A stretch of 63,763 bases of DNA, the filler included, from Octopus bimaculoides (lineage: Eukaryota), in assembly GCF_001194135.2 (NCBI RefSeq). It is 9 parts of 9 records of this genome, joined end to end, with 100 filler letters (N's around TTAATTAATTAA, not from the genome) between each part and the next. Parts side by side here need not be neighbours in the genome. Positions count along the whole stretch, not along the records: positions 1 to 5,647 come from NC_068982.1; positions 5,748 to 9,330 come from NC_069005.1; 7 more parts are not named here. One strand, given 5' to 3'. Each line of letters begins with the position of its first letter. Position 1 is the first letter of the stretch. The position numbers were made by a program, and so were the translations under genes. Shown here piece by piece: positions 1 to 9,272 of the stretch. Below the pieces are notes generated by a model. It had not been told where the DNA came from and searched no databases. It was given only the letters and a program-made list of their open reading frames with translations.

Positions 1-339
1 TATTACATATGCTCAATGGGAAAGATCACCTGACTGAAGACTAACAGCATCCTCTTGACTTGCTCTGAATGAAGTCGGTTACCTCCAAATTCAAAGAGTC
101 AGCCAGGGGTTAGCGAAGGAAATGACAAGGTGCTGATCTAAGGTTCAAGGGGAAAGAAGGTGAGAATATGTTGATATGTTGCGATATGTTTCAATGAAAC
201 AGACAGCACTTTCAACTAAAGGCGACCGACAACAGTTCAGTTAGTTCAGTTTCAACGATATTTCTTCAAAAGAAAAAAATGAAGAAATGTTTTGCGAAAA
301 AAAAAAAAAAGAAACAACAAGCATTAAAATCGGTTTTGG

Positions 340-415
340 CAAATCTGTTTCGGTTTTACTGATCATAATATAAAACCGGTTTTAACCGGTTTTATAAAAC
401 CGGTTTCGAGCCCTA
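340..415. mobile_element. Probable hAT-like DNA transposon end (TAGGGCTCGAAACCGG... on minus strand) with three subterminal AACCGGTT palindromes
   Basis: AACCGGTT at 374, 384 and 398, ending GAGCCCTA at 415. TAGGG termini with repeated subterminal motifs are typical of hAT elements. The partner end is not visible. Confidence 0.45.
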
Positions 416-874
416 ATGGCAACTAATACACGACGGTATTCCATACACAATATCATGGAGAATTCTAGAGAATCCAGGCCCCTACATTAACGGGGCCAAC
501 CGCCTGTAAAGTATACGTAGCGGAACGGGCGAGGATCCTAAAGGATTCCCTCGACCCAGGGAACATCCTGCACCCCAGAATGGAGGGTTTCAGACCGTGC
601 TTGCATTTCAGGAAATTCCTCCTAGCCTATTGGAGCCCACGAGATAGCAGGGCCACCGACAATCGATAGCCCAAAGGACACAACCCCTTTGTTGACATCG
701 GCGATTGACAGCCAAGGTCAACAATCCCCTTCGTTGACATTGAGTAACGAGCTTTCTTCCTCCATATTCTAGACGGGCCACTCTTTAGAGAGGCCTTTAC
801 GCAACAAGTTTTGAAATTTGATAATACGCCATAAAGCCAGGCGTGAAACCCAAGGTAATCCCATAAACCGGCCT

Positions 875-962
875 TGTAGGTGCTGGTGCGGCTGTCTTAG
901 CCACAAGATTTCGGGTTCAGTCCCACTGCATGACATCTTGGCTGAGTGTCTTCTATGGCGTC
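875..962 (+). mobile_element. SINE family A, degenerate 5' head fragment
   Basis: GGGTTCAGTCCCACTGC B-box region followed by ...GAGTGTCTTCTA, shared with the other family A copies. Confidence 0.6.
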
Positions 963-2370
963 GGACGTGTGTGTGTCTGAGTGAAAGAGACAGAAAGACA
1001 GAGAAAGAGAGTGAGAGTGTGCGCACGCGTGTGTGTGTTTATGTTTGTACGTGTGCATGCATGTATGTGCATGATGCAATATTTTGCTGTCTTGAAACAC
1101 GAGTGTCTGAAAAAAGATATTGATATTTTATATATCGTGGCGACATGGAAATCACATGATACGGAAATTCCAACACGCCCATAACAGATAAATATCGTCT
1201 TTTACGCTTTGTTTTTATGTACTATGCAGCCATGCCAGAGCTCCGCTGAAGGTTATATGCGCAGCATTCGATGTTCTAACAAAACATCCTGATTAAGCTG
1301 AATATAAAGATTGCCTTATATAAACGTTTGCATGTGTGTGTGTGTGTGTGCTTATATATATATATATATATATNNNNNNNNNNNNNNNNNNNNNNNNNNN
1401 NNNNNNNNNNNNNNNNNNNNNNNNNNNNNNNNNNNNNNNNNNNNNNNNNNNNNNNNNNNNNNNNNNNNNNNNNNNNNNNNNNNNNNNNNNNNNNNNNNNN
1501 NNNNNNNNNNNNNNNNNNNNNNNNNNNNNNNNNNNNNNNNNNNNNNNNNNNNNNNNNNNNNNNNNNNNNNNNNNNNNNNNNNNNNNNNNNNNNNNNNNNN
1601 NNNNNNNNNNNNNNNNNNNNNNNNNNNNNNNNNNNNNNNNNNNNNNNNNNNNNNNNNNNNNNNNNNNNNNNNNNNNNNNNNNNNNNNNNNNNNNNNNNNN
1701 NNNNNNNNNNNNNNNNNNNNNNNNNNNNNNNNNNNNNNNNNNNNNNNNNNNNNNNNNNNNNNNNNNNNNNNNNNNNNNNNNNNNNNNNNNNNNNNNNNNN
1801 NNNNNNNNNNNNNNNNNNNNNNNNNNNNNNNNNNNNNNNNNNNNNNNNNNNNNNNNNNNNNNNNNNNNNNNNNNNNNNNNNNNNNNNNNNNNNNNNNNNN
1901 NNNNNNNNNNNNNNNNNNNNNNNNNNNNNNNNNNNNNNNNNNNNNNNNNNNNNNNNNNNNNNNNNNNNNNNNNNNNNNNNNNNNNNNNNNNNNNNNNNNN
2001 NNNNNNNNNNNNNNNNNNNNNNNNNNNNNNNNNNNNNNNNNNNNNNNNNNNNNNNNNNNNNNNNNNNNNNNNNNNNNNNNNNNNNNNNNNNNNNNNNNNN
2101 NNNNNNNNNNNNNNNNNNNNNNNNNNNNNNNNNNNNNNNNNNNNNNNNNNNNNNNNNNNNNNNNNNNNNNNNNNNNNNNNNNNNNNNNNNNNNNNNNNNN
2201 NNNNNNNNNNNNNNNNNNNNNNNNNNNNNNNNNNNNNNNNNNNNNNNNNNNNNNNNNNNNNNNNNNNNNNNNNNNNNNNNNNNNNNNNNNNNNNNNNNNN
2301 NNNNNNNNNNNNNNNNNNNNNNNNNNNNNNNNNNNNNNNNNNNNNNNNNNNNNNNNNNNNNNNNNNNNNN

Positions 2371-2680
2371 NATAACCTCGGACCGACCAAAGCCTTGTGA
2401 GTGGATTTGGGAGACGGAAACTGAAAGAAGCCCGTTGTATATATATGTATATATATATAAATGTGTGTGTGTCTGTGTTTGTCCCCCCACCATTGCTTGA
2501 CAACCGATGCTGGTGTGTTTACTTCCCCGTTTCTAGCGGTTTGGCAAAACGAGACCGATAGAATAAGTACTAGGCTTACAAAGAATTAGTCCTGGGGTCG
2601 ATTTGTTCGACTCGAGGTGGTGCTCCAGCATGGCCACTGTCAAATGACTGAAACAAATAAAAGAATAAAAGAATATAAGA
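2371..2680 (+). mobile_element. SINE family A (abundant tRNA-headed SINE with internal TA/TG microsatellite), body and 3' tail
   Basis: GGAAACTGAAAGAAGCCCG-(TA)n(TG)n-TTTGTCCCC...GGTGCTCCAGCATGGCC...CAAATGACTGAAACAA-TAAAAGAATAAAAGAAT, repeated more than 12 times in the window. Confidence 0.85.
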
Positions 2681-2729
2681 AATTAAGTACAGGAAATCAC
2701 CAACGACTGAAAAATATGTAAACACGTAT

Positions 2730-2820
2730 ATAGGCGCAGGAGTGGCTGTGTGGGAAGAAGCTACTTCCAAACGGCATGGTTCCGGGTTCAGACCCACTGC
2801 GTGGAACCTTGAGCAAAGCC
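2730..2820 (+). mobile_element. SINE family A, 5' head
   Basis: TAGGCGCAGGAGTGGCTGTGTGG (A-box like) ... GGTTCCGGGTTCAGACCCACTGCG (B-box like). Confidence 0.75.
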
Positions 2821-2892
2821 TTGTAATTTGGTAGTTAGAAGCTAAAAGAAGAGTGTTGTGCATATATATGTATGCGTGCTTCAGTGTGCCCG

Positions 2893-2983
2893 TAGGGCAG
2901 CGAGCTGGCAGAATCGTTAGCACGCCGGGCAAAATGCTTAGCGGCATTTCGTCTGTCTTTACGTTCTGAGTTCAAATTCCACC
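2893..2983 (+). mobile_element. SINE family B, 5' head only
   Basis: GGCAGCGAGCTGGCAGAATCGTTAGCACGCCGGGC...GAGTTCAAATTCC matches the near-complete copy at 39911-40140 on the minus strand. Confidence 0.8.
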
Positions 2984-3420
2984 AACTGCATTGTTTCTCT
3001 TGCAGTATGAGCAGTTGCCTCATCTTGCTGGAACCATACGTGGTGTCTACTTTGAACGGCCCAGACTTGACTAGCCAGGATTTTTTCTTGAGGTGATACC
3101 TGAAAGAGAGGGTTTACGTCAACAAACCGGAGACCCTGATGCATCTGAAGGAGAACAGAAATCAGAGAAGTGGGGTCCGAAACTATTGAGGGTGTTCTGG
3201 TGCAAGTCTTGGAAAAAGCACGGGCATGCGATGTCGAAAATGGCTGCCATTTAAGCGATGTCATTTTTCATATGTGATATAGTGGTATTGCAAAATTTGA
3301 CCTGTGCATATTAATGTCCGTTATGTCCTTTATATTGTATCGAAATGTCATACATTTATTTGTAAAGTTAAGGAAGTTACTAAAAATTGAAAGCCATCAG
3401 TAACTTTTGGGACACCCTGT
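2984..3420 (+). mobile_element. Tc1/mariner-superfamily transposase relic with right TIR; upstream catalytic segment inverted
   Basis: Plus strand 3061-3277 reads PDLTSQDFFL(W)G/YLKERVYVNKPETLMHLKEN...GCHLSDVIFHM* with frameshifts. Minus strand 2984-3045 reads HVWFQQDEATAHTARETMQL. TIR TAACTTTTGGGACACCCTG lies at 3401-3419. Confidence 0.8.
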
Positions 3421-3874
3421 TCACACATCCATAGTCAGAAAGCTAGGCTACACTTCAGTAGTTGCTTGTTATTCAGTATGTATTGCTATAATATATTATA
3501 TAATTTAATTGACGTTTAATGTCACTTGTTTGTTTCGCTGATGCTTTCTGAGTGCCTAACACGCTATTCACTTAACTAATTGTATTTCAATGCACTCCGA
3601 AATGCTATGAATTTCTTTCGTTGACTTGTGTAAAATGCCATTTAGTTGGTGTAGGTTGAAACAAAAAGAAATGAATAAAAACTGATAGTCGACAATGAAA
3701 AACCTATTTTGGCATTAACACTTAATAAAAATAAACCATGTTTATTAGTAGCAGATTAACTCTGACTTTATGTAATTTACAAATATCCTGTGAAAATAAT
3801 TTTTTATAGGAAATCATATTGTTTAGTCATGGCTTTATTTCTGTATCCGTTCCAGCCCAAAAGCTGTGACCGAG

Positions 3875-4150
3875 CTAGGGCTCCACCGTTTTCATTAGCT
3901 TTTCAATGACCAGTTCCATATGATTGGCTTTTGTTGAATGGGGGAACTTGATATTGCTTCCCTCATTTTGAGTTTCTAACCATATTGTAGAGTCTTCCGA
4001 GATCTTTGATAGCAGATGGTTAAAGTGTCTCGTCCAAACATCTACTCTCACTTCATGTAGAGCCCACAGTGCTTTTGGCAAGATATTAAACTGTTGGGGG
4101 TCTTGAAAAAACCCAGTTATTTGCAGTATCTGCATGTCTACTATTTTCAA
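3875..4150 (-). mobile_element. Possible RT-thumb relic of an RLE-type (HERO/NeSL-like) non-LTR retrotransposon; alternatively an unidentified exon
   Basis: The ORF segment QFNILPKALWALHEV...WL resembles the QxxILPRLxWPLxxYEV...WL motif of RLE-clade RTs. This is pattern recognition only, with no search run. Confidence 0.35.
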
Positions 4151-4198
4151 ATGAAAATTCAGTTTAAAATCTTTAAATAAAGGAAATGACGATTTAAA

Positions 4199-4273
4199 TT
4201 AATTACATGCTGAAATCGTTTACAAGTATATGTTAATTACATGCTGAAATCCATTTACAAGTATATGTTAATT
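4199..4273. repeat. Tandem duplication, 34/35-bp unit, about 2.2 copies
   Basis: TTAATTACATGCTGAAATC(G/CA)TTTACAAGTATATG occurs at 4199 and 4233. Confidence 0.9.
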
Positions 4274-5055
4274 TTAAACAATTTGGAAAAGCTGGGAAAA
4301 ACCGATTTAGCGCTGACAAGCAGAAATCATTTCCCATTAGGAGACGTGATGAAGATCTAAGAAAGTGAAGAGAGTTTTAAACAAATAATAAAAATACGAT
4401 GATTTCTGGGAGTGCACAAATTGGGTTTCGTTGTCACGATAAAAATGCGTTATCAGAAAACAGGGGGAACCATACTGAGTTGCAACTATGCGTCTCTGAC
4501 ACTGAGAATAAAAATGTTTAATATTTAAAATCCGCTGCTGTTTTTAATGAGTTGTCATGAACTAGTCAGAACGATCTAATCCATTCAATTACTAGTTCTT
4601 TTGAACCAAATTAAAAGGGAGATTACAAAACGCATGCATGTTGCCATTTTAATGGACGAAACTAACGTTTCATCTGCGCTCTGTTGATAGAAATGGACAA
4701 ACTTGTGAAAGGCTCCTTAGATTTACTGACGTTAGTGAAGGTAAATGAAATCAACCTATTTCGTGTTTAGCTATAAGGGATTTTGATGAGTTAAGCTGTT
4801 TAAAGATATTAATTACTAAAAATATGATGGGGTTACTGCTATGTCAAGCTCTTTTTTAAATGGTGTTCAGGCAAAGGTTTGAGTGTGAGTGAGAAAGGGC
4901 ACTAGAGGTTGTTTTTCTACACCACGACGCTTATAAGCTCATCCTTGTTTTAACTGAAACCGTATCACACATCTTTCTGAATGCCATACATTTTTCTCTC
5001 GGTTAAGCAGTATATCGTCATTTTATCAGCTGTATGAAGTGGACATATTTTTCTC

Positions 5056-5628
5056 ATGCATGTGGGCGTGATTGTGCTGGCAATGTTATATGGTGCAGAG
5101 ACGTAGGGGCTGAGAGAGGTGAAAAGGAGGCAACTAGATGTGTTTGAGATGAGGTGTCTGAGGGCTATAGTTGATGTGACACGGATGTACAGAATAAGGA
5201 ATGAGGAGGTGCGAAGGCGAGCAGAAATGAGATAAAAACTAACAACCAAAATGGATAGAGGAATGTTTGGCCACATGGAGAGGATGGATGAAGAGCGTAT
5301 AGTAAGGAGAGTGATGAAGGCAGAAGTGATAGGCAACAGAACCAGAGACAGACTTTGTTGGTTAGAGGTGTCGGAGTGAGAGAGGCAAGAGAGTCTATAA
5401 ATGATAGAAAAGCTTGGAGAGTGTTTGTGGACGGATGAGTGGATTTGATGTTGCTCAAAGGGGTAGAGAATCAGCATGATGCGGCGGGAGTAAACCAGCC
5501 TATGCTGTCGGAAACCGTTGCTGATGTTGGGGGTTGCGTTCTATGCCTTGACCCGAGCATAGAACGGGGTTCGCCTCTTTGAGCTGGGGAAAGAATAGAA
5601 TGCCTAAAAAAATGGGGAATAGGCCAGG
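5056..5628 (+). mobile_element. RTE LINE family 1, 5'-truncated (ORF2 C-terminus plus 3' UTR)
   Basis: GVIVLAMLYGAET...FEMRCLRAIVDVTRMYRIRNEEVRRR...FGHMERMDEERIVRRVM are classic RTE C-terminal motifs. A paralogue lies at 54045-54655. Confidence 0.9.
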
Positions 5629-6060
5629 ATATATATATATATATATANNNNNNNNNNNNNNNNNNNNNNNNNNNNNNNNNNNNNNNNNNNNTTAATTAAT
5701 TAANNNNNNNNNNNNNNNNNNNNNNNNNNNNNNNNNNNNNNNNNNNNGATGTCAACAACTGTTACATGGAGGACTGGGGATGCCGTGGTTAATGATGGAT
5801 TTATATTGTAGAAGTTGTGATGGTTGTGGTTGTGCTGGTGGTAGTAGTAGTCGTGGCATCAGTATAAGTAATCGTCGTCGTCGTCGTAGTAGTAGTAGTA
5901 TTAGCATCAGCAGCAGTGCTATATCCTCTGAGCATCAGGGTACCATCTGAAATCCAATCTGGGAGAACGTACTCATAGTCAATAACATTATTCCAGCATT
6001 TGCTGACAAATGCTAGAATGCAACCAGAGATTTGGACATGTACACATTATACCTAAGACA

Positions 6061-6525
6061 CATAGTTACTCGGAGGTTCTCTGCTAATTACAGGTATGGT
6101 TTTCATACCTGTAATTAGTTCTTGGAAGGATTCTTGTTAAGGGAGATGTGTGTGATAGCAGAAATGTTTCACTGATTGGTCACATACCCTCAGCAGCAGG
6201 ATTCCCACTGAAATCCAGTCTGCCAGAAACTACCTCACAGTCAACCGAATTAGCTTTCTTATTACTCTTAGTGGATTCCTCATTATTTTGTCGTCTTAAA
6301 TCTTACCTAGAGCAGCTGGTCAGTATTTGCTGACTAGTACCAGGACCCAACCACGTGTTTGGGCCTGTACACAGTACATGTAGGGCCTACAGTTGCTAGA
6401 AGGTTCCCTGCTAATTACAAGCATGGCTTTCATTTACAGTGTGTGACCATAAGGATTCTTGGAAGGATTGTTGTGGAGGGAGATACTGTGAGTAAGCAGA
6501 AGTTTTTGACTGGTTGGCCACATAA
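6061..6525. repeat. Diverged direct duplication (~130 bp; 6061-6190 versus 6388-6525)
   Basis: Shared blocks GGTTC-CTGCTAATTACA-G-ATGG-TTTCAT and TTCTTGGAAGGATT...GGGAGAT...AGCAGAA...ACTG-TTGG-CACATA. Confidence 0.8.
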
Positions 6526-7239
6526 CTGCAGCAGCTGTGAGCAAGAAAGTTGCAGCAGGTGGAAATCAGCAAGGATAGTAATATCACCAACTGTGCATTT
6601 TTGTATTAGGCTCATAATATGATATAAGAGATACNNNNNNNNNNNNNNNNNNNNNNNNNNNNNNNNNNNNNNNNNNNNNNNNNNNNNNNNNNNNNNNNNN
6701 NNNNNNNNNNNNNNNNNNNNNNNNNNNNNNNNNNNNNNNNNNNNNNNNNNNNNNNNNNNNNNNNNNNNNNNNNNNNNNNNNNNNNNNNNNNNNNNNNNNN
6801 NNNNNNNNNNNNNNNNNNNNNNNNNNNNNNNNNNNNNNNNNNNNNNNNNNNNNNNNNNNNNNNNNNNNNNNNNNNNNNNNNNNNNNNNNNNNNNNNNNNN
6901 NNNNNNNNNNNNNNNNNNNNNNNNNNNNNNNNNNNNNNNNNNNNNNNNNNNNNNNNNNNNNNNTATATATATATATATATATATGTAAAAGAGAATGATA
7001 AAAGCATACATACGCACATACCTACTTATACACAAGCCTCACATAAAAAGTATACTAATACGTTGTACTAGAGTGTGAATAGATCGACACTTAGATAGAT
7101 GTAAGCAAATAGTTGCAGGTATATGGATAAGTAGAATATACATAAATAAATATGTAGCTAAGCAGATACATTTTTAGATAGAATCCTAAATCACGTGGTC
7201 TAAATGTTACTGTGTAGACATCACGATGATAGAATTATC

Positions 7240-8110
7240 GTTTAGATGCCAGCACTGACATCGCCAGACTCTCCACCTGGGAGAAGCTCGAAGTGCAACA
7301 CCTGCCCTCTCGAAATTTCATCAATCACACAACGTGATCTGTTCAAAACGATTTTGTTCGTCAACAGGTTCTGAAGCCTGCTCGGAACAAAGACATTGAT
7401 TTCTGTACTCAAGATTATGAAAATTCATCCATTTTTAACTCCAGTTACAATCCGAAACCAAAGATCATAAGAATTTCCAGCAGCGTCTGTACACAAGACC
7501 TATTTTATGGAAGTGTCAGTGGAAGTACTTTCCGCAGGACCACATTTTTCTGTTGTTAAACCATTTCAAGCAAAGCCTCATCTTTCACAACAGAAGGCCT
7601 TCCTAGCATTGATTTGTCTTCGAGGCTATTGTCTCTTTCCTTGAAACGTCTGAACGAATTTTGTACCACACTTTCGTTGGTAGCTCCTGGGTCTTCAACA
7701 TCATTAATTTCTTTTACCTGCTGCACTTCCACTCAGTCCTTTCTTCTACAGTTAGCGTAAAATGGCTGTAATTGCAATTTTTTCACCACTCATAATCAAA
7801 GCTGTAAAATAAAGAATGAATAATCGCTGCTTATATATCATATATTAAGATAAAGAATAAATGATTCAGCAACGATTTGAAAAGTTGTATCAAATTAATG
7901 ATATAACATGGAGATAAAAGTTGAAAATCATCAATGAAAATCCGAAAAAAAAACAACTTTTGTCTGAACCTAGTTCATACATATATAAATAGACATAATA
8001 TAATATATATAAGATATATACATAATCAAAGCTGTAAAATAAAGAATGAATAATTGATGTAAAAGATATATACATAAGATATAAACATGCGTGGAATTTA
8101 AATAACTTGA
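7240..8110 (-). mobile_element. Mariner (SETMAR/Mos1-like) transposase relic, 5' half
   Basis: ATG at 7793 on the minus strand: MSGEKIAITAILR*L*KKGLS...DVEDPG...FRRFKERDNSLEDKSMLGRPSVVKDEALLEMV (HTH). Downstream reads ...GQVLHFELLP. A 34-bp segment of the 5' UTR and ATG is duplicated at 8021-8054. Confidence 0.8.
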
Positions 8111-8706
8111 TAGAGAAATCAGTAAGTAGAGAGAAAAATAGACAGAGAGTAGTTTTAACTAAGATAGATATAAGAGATGAATATAAAAATTGAGAGGTAG
8201 ATACTTTTACAAATAGATAGTTTGACTGATATGTGGAGAGGTAAAATGCAGGTATAGTTGTAGAAAACAGAGAAACATTTTATAAAACAATATCGAAAAT
8301 TAATTGGGAACTTAGAGAAAACCCCCAAAGAAATAATACAACGAAATGACAAGAGATATTTACATGTGTCAATTCAGCATTCATTGTTTTACATGATATA
8401 TATGACATAACTATTTATGTATTGACGACAAAATGATCGGGAAAACAAGGCGATAAATTTACATTGTATGTGCGTAAATATATCAACGAATATAGAACAT
8501 ACACACACACACACACATATATATGTATATATATATGAAGCAGATGTAAATGGAAGCAAAGCCAAAAAAAGCAAATAGTATGAGTTATGTTTTGGTTGTC
8601 ATCCATAAATTTGTTAATAAATTACAGTCTATGTGAGTATATNNNNNNNNNNCATACATACATATATATATATATATATATGAGTGAGAATGTGTAAGAT
8701 AAATAT

Positions 8707-9017
8707 TTGTATATATACGAACATGTAAAGATATATTCTTGCACACACTCACAATTTCACACACGCACTCACAATCTCTCTCTCTCACATGCACACACGT
8801 ACACACACACACGTGCACACACACGCACACGCATATATACAAATATATACACCCATACATATATGCTTGCACACATGCCTTTCTGTCTTTTTCACTCTAT
8901 ATGTATGTACACACTGACACACATAGACACACACAGACACACACACACACACACGCACAGACACACACATGCACAAACACACACACGCACACACACAGGC
9001 ACAAACACACACACGCG

Positions 9018-9050
<33 letters not shown>
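8707..9050. repeat. Compound (CA)n/(TA)n microsatellite field
   Basis: Direct reading; representative of dozens of similar tracts across the window. Confidence 0.95.
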
Positions 9051-9166
9051 GAAACAGATCAAAACGGAAGCAAAACGAAAAGTAGCTAACTTAGAGAGAG
9101 GAATTTGTCGAGAGTATAACTCAAATATAGCAGCACAAGTCATTGACTGAGGAAGAAACAGGAAAC

Positions 9167-9272
9167 ATGTTGAAGCTTTTCATAGTTCGTTTATTTTCAT
9201 TGGCATTAATAACTGAAGGGCATTGCTCCACGATTCAAGTCGGTACTGGAAAGATTCAAAAAGGCCAAACAG
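9167..9272 (+). CDS. Candidate first coding exon encoding a signal peptide (unidentified secreted or membrane protein)
   Basis: AAACATGT start with an in-frame TAG upstream. Translation MLKLFIVRLFSLALITEGHCSTIQVGTGKIQKGQT ends at a CAG|GTTAGT donor (phase 1). No downstream exon confirmed. Confidence 0.3.

Noticed and set aside
1276-2503. Long ORFs of 300-400 aa here and at other gaps (e.g. 16744-17747, 32122-33346, 48854-49867, 58808-59494)
   Set aside because: They are open only because N runs and (TA)n/(CA)n/(GA)n tracts contain no stop codons.
5692-5703. TTAATTAATTAA recurring 8 times like a conserved motif
   Set aside because: Always centred in a 44N-12-44N block and has stops in all six frames, so it is an assembler-inserted spacer.
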